Assembly: GCA_037442105.1 (NCBI GenBank)
Contig: JBBIQV010000002.1
Location: 1-64,000, forward strand
DNA length: 64,000 nucleotides
From: Nitrospiraceae bacterium
GTDB taxonomy: Bacteria > Nitrospirota > Nitrospiria > Nitrospirales > Nitrospiraceae
Direction: 5' to 3'
Positions 18,366 through 28,793 of the stretch are shown piece by piece (the first letter of the stretch is position 1; each line of letters starts with the position of its first letter). The notes beneath the pieces are model-generated. The model did no database searches and was not told where the DNA came from. It worked only from the letters and a program-made list of their open reading frames with translations. A program made the translations under genes and the position numbers.

Positions 18366-18979
18366 ACAAAATTCCCGGCTTGAGCAAACCGTTCTTGCAA
18401 CTCCTCATAGGACATCGTCACGGGAAACTGGGGAAACTGCTTGGCGACGTGGTCCGGGGGTCGGAAGAAGAACCCCGCGTGGGCTTCGGCGAGCATCGCG
18501 GTGTCGTTGTAAGCATCGCCGGCGGCGAGGACATGGAAGTTGAGCGTCTTGAGTGCGGCCACCGAGTGCTTTTTCTGATTCTGCATCCGCATGTGGTAGT
18601 TGGCGATCCGGCCGGTGGCATCGACTTCCAGTTGATTGCAAAACAGCGTGGGATACCCCAACTGTTTCATCAGTGGGAGCGCGAATTCATAGAAGGTGTC
18701 GGAGAGGATGATGACCTGGCACCGCTCACGCAGCCATCCCAGGAATTCCGCCGCGCCTTCGAGCGGTCCCATCTTCTCGATCACCGCCTGGATGTCGGGC
18801 AGCGTCAGCTTGTGCCGGTCCAAGATCCCAAGCCGTCGTTTCATTAACAGATCATAGTCCGGGACTTCCCTGGTCGTGACTTTCAGTTCTTCGATCCCAG
18901 TCGTCAGGGCCACGTTGATCCAAATTTCCGGCACCAATACGCCTTCCAAGTCTAGACAGACGATGACTGGTTTCTGCAT
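18362..18979 (-). CDS. thrH: Phosphoserine phosphatase/homoserine phosphotransferase ThrH
   Basis: CLDLEGVLVPEIW, ILSDTFYEF and AAGDAYND HAD motifs. Confidence 0.93.
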   Translation of the reverse strand: MQKPVIVCLDLEGVLVPEIWINVALTTGIEELKVTTREVPDYDLLMKRRLGILDRHKLTLPDIQAVIEKMGPLEGAAEFLGWLRERCQVIILSDTFYEFALPLMKQLGYPTLFCNQLEVDATGRIANYHMRMQNQKKHSVAALKTLNFHVLAAGDAYNDTAMLAEAHAGFFFRPPDHVAKQFPQFPVTMSYEELQERFAQAGNFV

Positions 18980-19049
18980 TCAGTCCTCCTTCGCTGGTAG
19001 CGAACAGCGAATAGCGCGTAGCGAAAATCTCGGAGCTATTCGCTGTTCG

Positions 19050-19859
19050 CTATTTGCTACTCGCTCCTTTGGTGAATGCTTGGTCGAGGAGCCGCCAGAT
19101 TTTGTCGAGCGCCTTGTCCAGCAGTTCAGTCCCCTTCCACTCTTGTCGATTCGCATCCCGATGGCGGTCTGCCCAATCCAGTGCGAGAGGGAGCGGAATA
19201 AGCCGCGGCGCTTCTTTCGCGAGTTCGCTCCACAGCAGCCCTAAGGCCGTGCCGATCCGTACTGAAACCGGAAGCGGACTGACCGGGTTGCGCGCCAGAT
19301 CCTGACACAGTTCGGGTGGCGAGGTGACCAGGAGCTCGCGACAGGCGGCCGGGCGCTCGTCGTAGATGGAACAGACTTCGTTCTCCAAGAACGGGCAGGC
19401 CATGTGCAGCGCATAGTAGTCACGGTTCAAGGGTTCGAAGTCCTCATCGGTGAATGGGCGATCGGTTTCGGCGAGAGCTGTGAGTGGGCCAAGCAAGCCC
19501 GCCTGGTCCAGTTGCTTTTTCGCCTCGGCCACTTTGCTGAGCATGGCATGCCGCCGTTCCTCCGGAAGCGCATAGACCCTGTCGTACAGGACGAAAGCCT
19601 CGGGGGGCGAAACCGGGACGAGCATCCGGCAGCAAGCCGCGCAACCCTTCCGGCACGAGATCGGCGTTCCTGCTTCGACCGCGCGTTGCTCCTCCAACGC
19701 CTGTACTCCTTCCCCGATCCTCCGCATCAGCGGAACAATGGCGGTGATGGGCACAAAGCCGGCCGGCACCTCCATCGCGGTGGTGAGTTGACCGGCCGGG
19801 GTGTTCAGTGAAACTTCGAAACGTTCAGGCATGCGCCCAATCTTAGGAGAGGTTCCCAT
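19050..19859 (-). CDS. YkgJ-family cysteine cluster protein
   Basis: CRKGCAACC and CPFLENEVCSIYDERPAACR. Confidence 0.88.
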   Translation of the reverse strand: MGTSPKIGRMPERFEVSLNTPAGQLTTAMEVPAGFVPITAIVPLMRRIGEGVQALEEQRAVEAGTPISCRKGCAACCRMLVPVSPPEAFVLYDRVYALPEERRHAMLSKVAEAKKQLDQAGLLGPLTALAETDRPFTDEDFEPLNRDYYALHMACPFLENEVCSIYDERPAACRELLVTSPPELCQDLARNPVSPLPVSVRIGTALGLLWSELAKEAPRLIPLPLALDWADRHRDANRQEWKGTELLDKALDKIWRLLDQAFTKGASSK

Positions 19860-19941
19860 GATCGGTCAACCGCCGCGCCGTCCGAGGCGAGCAAGGCCTT
19901 GCCCCGTTCTCGCCGATCTCGGATAATGCCGCCAAGTTGTC

Positions 19942-21204
19942 ATGAGCCATTGGCTCACCCTTCGGCAGTCTTGGGGGAGACGCATGCGGCATGAGCACGA
20001 TCTCGATCCCTACAGTCCCCTCCTTATTCATATCATGGTGCCGGTTATCGGCCTCATCTGCTTCGCGATCGGGGGAAGCAGTTTCGTGGTCTCGTCTGCT
20101 CACAGCGCGGAGCCGGCGATTCAGCTCGTTCCCCTCGTCACCACAGGGTTACGGGAGCCGCTCTATCTGGCGCATGCCGCCGACGGCAGCGGCCGCCTCT
20201 TCATCGTGGAACAGGAAGGACGTGTCCGGATTGTCGATCACGGCGTGCTGCAGGCGAAGCCCTTTCTCGACATTTCAGATCGCGTGCTCAGCGGCGGGGA
20301 GCGCGGCTTGCTGGGGTTGGCGTTTCACCCCGACTATTCGCGCAACGGGCGCTTGTTTGTGAATTATACGCGCAAGCCTGACGGCGCGACCGTGGTGGCG
20401 GAATACCATCGGGGCGAGAGTCCGGCTCAAGCCCTTTCCAATGAACGACTGCTCATGCTCGTGGTGCAGCCGTACGCGAACCATAACGGCGGCATGGTTG
20501 CATTTGGGCCGGATAGGTACCTCTACATCGGATTTGGTGACGGCGGCTCGGCGGGCGATCCCCAAAATCGAGGCCAGAATCGGACGGGGCTATTGGGCAA
20601 AATTCTGCGGATTGATGTGGACCGGGGCGACCCCTATGGTATCCCCGGCGACAATCCCTTTGTATCGGGCGAAGGCCGCCCGGAGATTTTCGCTCTGGGT
20701 CTCCGTAACCCCTGGCGATTTTCGTTCGATCGGGAGACGGGCACTCTGTGGGTGGCCGACGTGGGCCAGGACAAATGGGAAGAAATCGATCTCGTTCACC
20801 GCGGAAAAAACTATGGGTGGCGCATCATGGAAGGCGCGCACTGTTATTCGCCGAAGTTCTCTTTGCCGAAGTTCTGGTGCGACACTACCGGCCTGACGTT
20901 CCCTGTTGCCGAGTACGGGCATCGGAGAGGGCGATGCTCGGTGACCGGCGGGTACGTCTATCGCGGGACGAAGAATCCCACACTGCGCGGCTGGTATCTG
21001 TTCGGCGACTACTGTTCAGGCGAGATTTTCGGGCTGAAACTGCCGGCGGGCGATCTGAGCGGTGACGCGCAGGAGCCGCAAGTGCTGCTCAAGACCGGCC
21101 TGCGGATTTCTTCCTTCGGCGAAGACGAAGAGGGCGAGCTCTATGCCGTCGGACATGGAGGGACCGTGCACCGGATCGCGACGGCGGTTCCTGCTCCACC
21201 ATGA
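19942..21204 (+). CDS. PQQ-dependent sugar dehydrogenase (GSDH family), start uncertain
   Basis: ERGLLGLAFHP, NHNGG, GDGGSAGDP, GLRNPWRFSFD and DVGQ. Confidence 0.9.
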   Translation: MSHWLTLRQSWGRRMRHEHDLDPYSPLLIHIMVPVIGLICFAIGGSSFVVSSAHSAEPAIQLVPLVTTGLREPLYLAHAADGSGRLFIVEQEGRVRIVDHGVLQAKPFLDISDRVLSGGERGLLGLAFHPDYSRNGRLFVNYTRKPDGATVVAEYHRGESPAQALSNERLLMLVVQPYANHNGGMVAFGPDRYLYIGFGDGGSAGDPQNRGQNRTGLLGKILRIDVDRGDPYGIPGDNPFVSGEGRPEIFALGLRNPWRFSFDRETGTLWVADVGQDKWEEIDLVHRGKNYGWRIMEGAHCYSPKFSLPKFWCDTTGLTFPVAEYGHRRGRCSVTGGYVYRGTKNPTLRGWYLFGDYCSGEIFGLKLPAGDLSGDAQEPQVLLKTGLRISSFGEDEEGELYAVGHGGTVHRIATAVPAPP

Positions 21205-21211
21205 TGATGGG

Positions 21212-22024
21212 CTAGAGTTTGCCGGTTGCCCAGTAAATCACTATGCCGGCGACTTCCGTGATGGCATCCGTGGTGAGGTCCAGGCTGTTGGCCGTAGGCA
21301 GGAACGCAAAGGGGTCCAGTGCATCCCATCCGTCCGGCAGACGGTTCCTGTTGATATATCCGCAGGGTGCCGGAGTGGGCGAGAATCCTTGATTCTTGAA
21401 GAGGGCGACGGCGCGAGGAAGATGGCTGGGCGACGTGACGAGGAGTATCGAGGCGTTCCCGATCAGGCGCTTGGTGTAGAGCGCGTTTTCATACGTGGTG
21501 CGGGATTGGTCCTCGATCACGATGGCCTGGTCGGGCACCCCCAATCGTTGTGCCCAACGGCGCATCTCGGGGGATTCCCGTGGCCCATTGCCGAACACCA
21601 TGGCATTGCCGCCGGAGAGAAGCAGCCTTGGCGCGAGACCTTGCAAATACAGCTCTGCGCCGCAGGTGGTACGGCGAACGGTCAGATCGCCCAGTTCATC
21701 AACGGGACGTAGCGTACCCTTGGCCCGTATGCCACCGCCGAGTACAACGATGGCATCGAAATGTTGGCCACGACCAGGGTCGAAGGGTGGGTACCGGCTC
21801 TCCAGGATTCCAAGGAGCGTGCTCCCCGTGATGGGGGCGGAGAGGACAGCAAGCAAGACCAACGTGCCTACCGACAGCCGGCGTATCCAGCAGAGTCGGT
21901 GCGGCGAGTGGGGCAGCAGAGCCATGAGCGCCAGCAGTGCCAGTAACAGAATGATCCAGGACAAGGGGTAAAGCCCATACTTGGCAAGCTTATACAGCCC
22001 GAACAGAAACGGGGTCATGTCCAT
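21212..22024 (-). CDS. YdcF/DUF218 (ElyC-like) membrane protein
   Basis: AIVVLGGG, LLSGG, SRTTYENA and LVTSPSHLPRA. Confidence 0.9.
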   Translation of the reverse strand: MDMTPFLFGLYKLAKYGLYPLSWIILLLALLALMALLPHSPHRLCWIRRLSVGTLVLLAVLSAPITGSTLLGILESRYPPFDPGRGQHFDAIVVLGGGIRAKGTLRPVDELGDLTVRRTTCGAELYLQGLAPRLLLSGGNAMVFGNGPRESPEMRRWAQRLGVPDQAIVIEDQSRTTYENALYTKRLIGNASILLVTSPSHLPRAVALFKNQGFSPTPAPCGYINRNRLPDGWDALDPFAFLPTANSLDLTTDAITEVAGIVIYWATGKL

Positions 22025-22101
22025 GAGGCACTCCTTTTAGAAGAGGAAATCACAACAGCATAGCGCGGCCGGTGTGTAAGACCAAAGAGGAGAATGGAAT
22101 A

Positions 22102-22581
22102 ATGGCAGCGGCACGGCAGTATTGGCTGATGAAATCGGAGCCTTCGGCATTCTCGATCGACGATCTTGCTAAGGCGCCCAGGCGAACGACCTGTTGGGAT
22201 GGGGTGCGCAATTACCAAGCGCGCAACTTTTTGCGACGCATGCAACGCGGAGATCAGGTGTTGTTCTATCACAGCAACGCCGACCCTCCCGCGGTGGTCG
22301 GCCTTGCCGAGGTTGTCCGCAAGGCCTATCCAGACCCGACCCAGTTCGATCGGCGCCACCAGCACTACGATTCTACCAGTCATCCGGCCGATCCACGGTG
22401 GGACATGGTGGACATCCGGTTGCTGCGGAAATTCTCCCTCCCTCTTTCGCTCGACATGCTCCGGGCGCAGCCGAAGCTCAAGGGTATGGAGCTGCTGCGG
22501 AAGGGGTCTCGGCTATCGGTTCAACCGGTGACACAAACGGAGTGGGCTCTCATCCTCGCGTTGGCAGAAGCGGAGAGCTAA
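22102..22581 (+). CDS. EVE domain protein
   Basis: YWLMKSEP, WDGVRNYQARNF, FYHS and SRLSVQPV. Confidence 0.93.
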   Translation: MAAARQYWLMKSEPSAFSIDDLAKAPRRTTCWDGVRNYQARNFLRRMQRGDQVLFYHSNADPPAVVGLAEVVRKAYPDPTQFDRRHQHYDSTSHPADPRWDMVDIRLLRKFSLPLSLDMLRAQPKLKGMELLRKGSRLSVQPVTQTEWALILALAEAES

Positions 22582-22589
22582 TGAGCGGG

Positions 22590-22838
22590 CTAGGTTCGGG
22601 CTTTGCCGTCATCGATGTAACGATGCTGCCAGTCGAGCCACGCATGGCCCAACTCATGTGCCAGAATGTAGCGGCGCCTCGTGACGGGGAGACGCTTCCG
22701 GATGTAGATCGTCTTCGTTTCGTTATCCCAGATCCCATCCGCATTCGGGTCCCGCCGGTCCATCTCCGTGTCCGGGACCTGACGGACTGTAATACGATAT
22801 CCAAATGGCAAGACGACCCGGGTCGGGATTCGCAACAT
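22590..22838 (-). CDS. Small HEXXH metallopeptidase-like protein (ImmA/IrrE-like)
   Basis: RRRYILAHELGHAW. Confidence 0.7.
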   Translation of the reverse strand: MLRIPTRVVLPFGYRITVRQVPDTEMDRRDPNADGIWDNETKTIYIRKRLPVTRRRYILAHELGHAWLDWQHRYIDDGKART

Positions 22839-23037
22839 GGCTACTACACTCCCGTTGAGCATGTTCAGTGGCCCTTGGCCCTCCACCAATATGATCCTTG
22901 CTAGCCTAACATAAATGAACAATCCCATTCCTCAGCTAATATAATTATATTTTTCCAATGGTTAGAAGCGCTCAGTTCTGTTGTCATCGTTTATTTGAGG
23001 GGTTTCGTCTCTATGCGAACTTGTGTATGATGCCGCC

Positions 23038-23781
23038 ATGCTTGAGAATCTCATAGCCCACGAACTCGCGCAGAACTATCCCCCGACTGTTCGACTGGCT
23101 GGTGTCAAGATCCGGGACAGGGGAGAGGTCAAAAAGATGGGCGCCGGTGCCGTAGCTCTCCGGGTTGGCGATCGGGTGATGCTCGATCTGGACGGGGAAC
23201 TGACCTATGGGGTCGTCTATACAGAGCCTTATCCTGCGCCGTTCACGCCCCCGATGCGGGTCATGTCATCAATCCTGAGGAAAGCGACGTCCGAGGAGGA
23301 CGCTGCCATCGGCCGGCATGAATACCTGGCCCGGGAAGCTATGACCATTTGCCGGCAACAGGCTTCTATCCTGGGTCTCAAGATGAAACTGGTGGAAGTC
23401 TACTGCTCCTTCCATCGTCGGCAGATGACGTTCGTGTACACGGCTGATGACCGAATCGATTTCCGTGAATTAGTCCGGGCGCTGGCCAGATGCTTCGGCG
23501 GCCGGATCGAGATGCGTCAGATCAGCGTGCGTGAGGAGGCGAGCCGTCTCGGAGGGATCGATACGTGCGGCTTGGTGCTCTGCTGCGCCAGCTTTCTCAG
23601 CGAGGTCCGGCCGGTCAGCGTGAAACAGGCCAGAGCGTTGGGATTGGCGGCGGAAGATCCCCGTTTGCTCGGCGTGTGCGGGCGCTTGAAGTGTTGTCTC
23701 CTGTTCGAAGCGATGGACACGCGCGCGAGCGCGCCTTCCGAGCGGGGCCTCATTACCCCTCCTACACCTCAGACTCCCTAG
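23038..23781 (+). CDS. PSP1/RicT (YaaT)-like protein
   Basis: RIDFRELVR, RIEMRQI, CGLVLCC and GVCGRLKCCL. Confidence 0.9.
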   Translation: MLENLIAHELAQNYPPTVRLAGVKIRDRGEVKKMGAGAVALRVGDRVMLDLDGELTYGVVYTEPYPAPFTPPMRVMSSILRKATSEEDAAIGRHEYLAREAMTICRQQASILGLKMKLVEVYCSFHRRQMTFVYTADDRIDFRELVRALARCFGGRIEMRQISVREEASRLGGIDTCGLVLCCASFLSEVRPVSVKQARALGLAAEDPRLLGVCGRLKCCLLFEAMDTRASAPSERGLITPPTPQTP

Positions 23782-23803
23782 CCCGCGCGTGCGTTTCTTT
23801 CCG

Positions 23804-24232
23804 TCACCTGTGCTCACTTGCGAATCGGCGGACTTGCCTTGCAATCTGATCGCGAATCGTGCGGAAGACCGCCAGCCGCTGCTCATAGGTGCCCTGAGCG
23901 GCCGCAGGGTCTTCGAAGCTCCAATGTAATTGGGCCGGGCTTCCCGGAAAAATAGGGCAGGATTCTTTTGCGCGGTCGCAGACGGTAATCACGTGATCGA
24001 AGGTTTCTCCGAGATAGGTGTCCACTCGCTCGGACACATGCTGGGAAATGTCCACGCCGATTTCGCGCATGGCTTCGACGGCGTAGGGGTTCAGCCCGGC
24101 AGGGTGGGTTCCGGCGCTGGCCACCTGGAAACGATCTCCCGCGAGATGACGCAACAGTCCCTCCGCCATCTGGCTACGGGCTGAGTTGCCGGTGCAGAGA
24201 AACAGCACTTTCTTTTTCTTTAGAGTTTCCAC
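23804..24232 (-). CDS. arsC: Thioredoxin-type arsenate reductase (LMW-PTP fold)
   Basis: CTGNSARSQMAE, VITVCD, CPIFPG and HWSFEDPA. Confidence 0.92.
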   Translation of the reverse strand: METLKKKKVLFLCTGNSARSQMAEGLLRHLAGDRFQVASAGTHPAGLNPYAVEAMREIGVDISQHVSERVDTYLGETFDHVITVCDRAKESCPIFPGSPAQLHWSFEDPAAAQGTYEQRLAVFRTIRDQIARQVRRFASEHR

Positions 24233-24239
24233 TCACGCC

Positions 24240-25340
24240 TCACGTTTCACGCCTGGCGCCTTGATCGAACCAATGTCGTGTGCGGTTGCATAGTGCGCAG
24301 ACGGACAGCATCACCGGACCCTCCACCAATACTCCCACGACGGTCGCGAGCGCGGCGCCTGAACCTGGTCCGAATAGGGCAATGGCCGTGGCCACAGCGA
24401 GTTCGAAGAAGTTGCTGGCGCCGATCAGGGCTCCAGGCGCAGCCACCGCATATTCTACGCTGAGCAGTTTCATCAATCCGTAGGCCAACGACGAGTTGAA
24501 ATAGACTTGGAGGAGGATCGGAATGGCGATCAGGAAGACATGAAACGACTTGTCGAGAATGTTCTCGGCCTGGAATGCGAAAATCAAGACCAGGGTGAAG
24601 AGAAGCGCTGCGAGGGTGACGGGAGCAAAACGCGGCAGAAGCGTCCCCTCGAACCACTCTCGTCCGTGCCGTCGGATCAACCAGGTCCGGAGGATCATGC
24701 CCACGACAAGCGGGATGACAATGAAGGCGAGGACGGAATAGAGCAGGACTTCGAACGGGACAGACAGGGAGGACGTACCCCTGACCAACAAGCCGACGAT
24801 GGGCGCGAAAAGAAAGAGCATGATGAGGTCATTGACGGAGACTTGCACGAGGGTATAGGCCGGATCGCCATCCGTCAGATAACTCCAGACAAAGACCATG
24901 GCGGTGCAAGGCGCTGCAGCGAGAATAATGGCGCCGGCGATGTATTGGTCGGCTTCCGCCGAGGTGATCCAGGGCTCGAATAGATAGCGGAAGAACAGCC
25001 AGGCGATGAGCGCCATCGAAAGCGGTTTCACGACCCAGTTGACCAGGAGTGTCACGAGCAGTCCTCGTGGCCGTTTGCCGACATGGCGCACGGCAGCGAA
25101 GTCCACCTTCATCATCATGGGAACGATCATGAGCCAGATCAGCACGGCCATCGGCAGATTGACATGGCTGCCACGACCGAACTCCAAGCTTCTGAATGTC
25201 TGCACGAAACCAGGGGCCCATTGTCCGATCCAGACGCCGGTTACCATGCAGAGGCCGACCCAGAGCGTCAGGTAGCGTTCAAAGAGGTTCAGTCGTTTGG
25301 CAACCGGCTGAGCCGGAGCCAGATCAAGCGCGAGTTCCAT
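24240..25340 (-). CDS. acr3: Acr3 arsenite efflux transporter
   Basis: FERYLTLWV, NWVVKP, APCTAMVFVW and ASNFFELAVA. Confidence 0.95.
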   Translation of the reverse strand: MELALDLAPAQPVAKRLNLFERYLTLWVGLCMVTGVWIGQWAPGFVQTFRSLEFGRGSHVNLPMAVLIWLMIVPMMMKVDFAAVRHVGKRPRGLLVTLLVNWVVKPLSMALIAWLFFRYLFEPWITSAEADQYIAGAIILAAAPCTAMVFVWSYLTDGDPAYTLVQVSVNDLIMLFLFAPIVGLLVRGTSSLSVPFEVLLYSVLAFIVIPLVVGMILRTWLIRRHGREWFEGTLLPRFAPVTLAALLFTLVLIFAFQAENILDKSFHVFLIAIPILLQVYFNSSLAYGLMKLLSVEYAVAAPGALIGASNFFELAVATAIALFGPGSGAALATVVGVLVEGPVMLSVCALCNRTRHWFDQGARRET

Positions 25341-25396
25341 CAATCTTCCTCCTTCTCACGCAACAATAATTCTTGATGAGTGAGGGCAAAAAAAGA

Positions 25397-25723
25397 TCAG
25401 CGGCAGTTGCGCGATTTTTTGGAGAGCCCTCGAGGTCTTGCTTTCCACGAATCGAGAATGTCGTGAATCTCCTCGATGCTTTCCTCTCTCAACGAGTAAT
25501 AGTTCCAGCGCCCGTCCCGCCGGTCCTGCACAATGCCTGCGTCTTTCAGAGTCTTCAAATGGAACGAGAGGCGGGACTGTCCGGTATCCAGAGCGTCGGT
25601 CAGATCGCAGACGCACTGCTCACCTCCACACAAGAACTCGACGATCTTCAGACGAATCGGATCGGCTAACGCATGGAACAATTGAGCAGCGCGTTCAATC
25701 TCGTGGAGGACGCCGGTAGGCAT
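25397..25723 (-). CDS. arsR: ArsR/SmtB repressor
   Basis: FHALADPIRL, EQCVCDL and SFHLKTLKDAG. Confidence 0.93.
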   Translation of the reverse strand: MPTGVLHEIERAAQLFHALADPIRLKIVEFLCGGEQCVCDLTDALDTGQSRLSFHLKTLKDAGIVQDRRDGRWNYYSLREESIEEIHDILDSWKARPRGLSKKSRNCR

Positions 25724-25728
25724 GGTTC

Positions 25729-25758
25729 TTTATATATCAACAAGACTTGATGAATCAA
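25729..25758 (-). promoter_or_regulatory. ars promoter/operator
   Basis: Inverted repeat ATCAA-N6-TTGAT (25736-25751) inside TTGATT-N18-TATAAA just upstream of arsR. Confidence 0.65.
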
Positions 25759-25795
25759 TAGCCTCTGCATTTTGGTTGCATAAGGATATAATGAT

Positions 25796-25929
25796 GATGG
25801 CTGTCTTGAAAATGTGGGTCCTGTCGGCGAGCAGCCCAACCGTGCTCGCACCCCCGCCCGGTGTAGGGCCCCCCGCTGCGCGCGCTTGGGCGCCCGCTCG
25901 CCGCCACCCGCATTTTCAAGACAGCCATC
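25796..25929. mobile_element. MITE-like palindromic element
   Basis: 24-bp terminal inverted repeats with 1 mismatch (GATGGCTGTCTTGAAAATG[T/C]GGGT), internal palindrome, flanking 5-bp direct repeat ATGAT. Confidence 0.65.
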
Positions 25930-25951
25930 ATGATAAAGCAACGGAGGAGTC

Positions 25952-27050
25952 ATGCCTCGGGTGCTGGTTCTTGGCGCTGGCAAGATCGGGTCCCTCATCG
26001 CCTGTCTTCTGGCTGACTCCGGTCGCTACTCGGTCCATCTTGGCGATGTCACGCTTGATATCTCGAAACGCGTGACCGCCGACCTGGGGCTCGACGGAGT
26101 GACACCCTGTGCCTTGGATGCTCGCGATCCTGACGCTGTCGCATCGTATCTCTCCGCCCATCCGTTCGATGCGGTCGTCTCGAGGTTGCCGTATTTTTGC
26201 AACGTTNNNNNNNNNNCCCATAGCCCAGCTTGCACAGATACACCGGCTGCACTATTTCGATTTGACCGAAGATATCGAGGTGACTAATCAGATCAAGGCC
26301 ATCGCCGGCAAAGCGGAACGTGCCTTCGTCCCGCAATGTGGCTTGGCGCCGGGCTTCATCAGCATCGTCACTCATGATCTGATGACCCGTTTCGAAACGC
26401 TCGACACGGTGAAGATGCGGGTCGGCGCCTTGCCGGTGAATCCCAGCAACGCGCTCAAATACTCCCTGACCTGGTCGACCGACGGGTTGATCAATGAGTA
26501 CGGGAACGTCTGTTACGGTATCGAGGGGGGGCAGAAAGTTCCCCTGCAACCGCTCGAGGGCTATGAAACCATAGAGGTAGACGGGCTTTTGTACGAGGCC
26601 TTCAATACCTCCGGGGGGTTGGGGACGCTGGCCGACACCTATGCGGGCAAGGTGCGGACGATGAACTACAAAACCCTGCGCTATCCGGGGCATTGCGAGA
26701 AGATTCATCTACTCATGAAGGATCTCAAACTCAACGAGGATCGCGAGACGCTCAAGCGGATTCTGGAGCGTGCCGTGCCGCAGACCTTGCAGGATGTCGT
26801 CTTGATCTATGCCTCGGTCACCGGACGACGCAGGGGAGAATTGTTTGAAGAAACCTACGTGAAGAAGATCTATCCGCAGACCATTGCCGGCCGGCTGTGG
26901 TCCGCCATCCAGGTAACGACCGCGTCGAGCCTCTGCAGCGTGCTCGATCTCGTGTTGAATGACTCGAAGGAGTACAAGGGCTTTGTCACTCAGGAATCGT
27001 TTCCCTTGGAGCGGGTGCTCGCCAATCCATTCGGGATCTGGTTCCGGTAG
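25952..27050 (+). CDS. Saccharopine dehydrogenase-family / lysine 6-dehydrogenase-like enzyme (10-N gap inside)
   Basis: VLGAGKIG, HYFDLTED, CGLAPG, WSTDGLINEY and KTLRYPGH; two track ORFs join across the gap at 26207-26216. Confidence 0.85.
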
Positions 27051-27180
27051 CGGAGAAGCTGATAGCCAATAGCGAACAGCGAATAGCTCAGAGCGACTGG
27101 CTGCCAGCTATTAGCTACTTGCTGGTAGCTCATGAGGCTGTTCGTTACGTGCTATTCACCGTAAGCTGCAAGTGCGATGT

Positions 27181-28698
27181 ATGAACATTCTCAAAGAACT
27201 CGGTATTGAGCCGACTAACCCCGGAGCCAGCACAGGGGCCGACTGGTGGCCGCCAGTCTCGGGGTCGGAGCTACTGGAGTCCATCAACCCGGCGACCGGC
27301 CAAGGGATTGCGCGGGTGGCTGCGGCGTCCTTAAGCGACTACGAGCGGGTCGTCCGAGATGCCCAGCATGCGTTTGAACGGTGGCGCATGGTGCCCGCGC
27401 CCAAACGGGGCGAACTCGTTCGGTTAATCGGTCAGGTGTTGCGCGAGAAAAAAGAGGCGCTGGGCACGCTCGTCTCTCTGGAGGTCGGCAAGATCAAGGC
27501 GGAGGGCGACGGCGAGGTCCAGGAAATGATCGATATGGCGGATTTCGCGGTCGGCCAATCCCGCATGTTGTATGGGCAAACCATGCACTCGGAACGCCCG
27601 CACCACCGGATGTATGAGCAATGGCATCCGCTCGGCCCGGTCGGGGTGATCACGGCGTTCAATTTTCCCGTCGCCGTTTGGGCGTGGAACGCCTTCGTCG
27701 CCGCGATTGCCGGCGATACCGTCGTCTGGAAGCCCTCGCCCAAGGCGCCACTCTGCGCCATAGCGGTACAAAAGATCTGTAATCAGGTCATGGCCCAGCA
27801 GGGGTACAGCGGTGTGTTCTCGTTGCTCATCACGAACGCCGCGCAGTTGGCGGAGACGATGGTGCGCGACCCACGGCTCCCCTTGATCTCTTTTACCGGC
27901 TCCGTCCCGGTCGGGCGTCATGTCGCGGAGGTTGTCGCGCAGCGGCTGGGCCGGGCGCTCCTGGAACTCAGCGGCAATAACGCGATCATTGTGGATGAGA
28001 CCGCCGATCTCGATCTCGCAACACGGGCGATCGTGTTCGGTGCGGTAGGGACGGCCGGTCAGCGATGCACGACTACGCGACGGCTCTTCGTGCACGAGTC
28101 GCGGTATGCGGACCTCGTGTCCCGGCTCGTATCGGTCTACAAACAGGTGCGAATCGGTAATCCGTTGGAGCCGGGTGTCTTGATGGGTCCGCTGATTGAT
28201 CGAGCAGCGGTCGAGGCCTATCGGACAGCGCTCGGCGAAGCGAAGAGCGAAGGTGGCGAAGTGCTCTATGGTGGCAGGGTTCTGGATGGTCCGGGCCATT
28301 TTGTCGAGCCGGCCATCGTGTGCGCGAAAAACCATTGGAAGGTCGTCCAGCGCGAAACCTTCGCCCCGATCTTGTACGTGATGACCTATGCCACGCTGGA
28401 TGAAGCGATCACGCTTCAAAATGATGTGCCGCAGGGCTTGTCCTCCGCGCTTTTCACCGGCAGCCTTCGGCATAGCGAGCAGTTCTTGTCCGCCGCAGGC
28501 AGTGATTGCGGGATTGCGAACGTCAACATCGGCACGTCAGGGGCGGAGATCGGCGGCGCATTCGGCGGCGAGAAAGCGACGGGCGGGGGACGGGAAGCCG
28601 GCTCGGATGCCTGGAAGGCATATATGCGACGGCAAACCAACACGATCAATTGGGGAACGGATCTGCCGTTGGCCCAAGGGATCAAATTCGAAGGGTAA
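27181..28698 (+). CDS. ALDH7-family aldehyde dehydrogenase (piperideine-6-carboxylate / aminoadipate-semialdehyde dehydrogenase-like)
   Basis: [43 protein letters not shown] and LPLAQGIKF. Confidence 0.9.
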   Translation: MNILKELGIEPTNPGASTGADWWPPVSGSELLESINPATGQGIARVAAASLSDYERVVRDAQHAFERWRMVPAPKRGELVRLIGQVLREKKEALGTLVSLEVGKIKAEGDGEVQEMIDMADFAVGQSRMLYGQTMHSERPHHRMYEQWHPLGPVGVITAFNFPVAVWAWNAFVAAIAGDTVVWKPSPKAPLCAIAVQKICNQVMAQQGYSGVFSLLITNAAQLAETMVRDPRLPLISFTGSVPVGRHVAEVVAQRLGRALLELSGNNAIIVDETADLDLATRAIVFGAVGTAGQRCTTTRRLFVHESRYADLVSRLVSVYKQVRIGNPLEPGVLMGPLIDRAAVEAYRTALGEAKSEGGEVLYGGRVLDGPGHFVEPAIVCAKNHWKVVQRETFAPILYVMTYATLDEAITLQNDVPQGLSSALFTGSLRHSEQFLSAAGSDCGIANVNIGTSGAEIGGAFGGEKATGGGREAGSDAWKAYMRRQTNTINWGTDLPLAQGIKFEG

Positions 28699-28793
28699 AA
28701 CCGACGACCGCCATTCGTCAACCGAGCGCAACAGGCTGACTGCCTTTTCACGAATGGCGAGTGACGGAAATCCGAGGGAAAGGAGCGACCACC

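Noticed and set aside
26207..26216. Apparent frameshift splitting the saccharopine dehydrogenase-family gene
   Set aside because: It is caused by a 10-N scaffold gap; the flanks read contiguously as FCNV-PIAQLA
28709..28759. 10-bp inverted repeat between the ALDH and VOC genes as a terminator
   Set aside because: The loop is long and no U-tract follows the stem; a single instance cannot be classified
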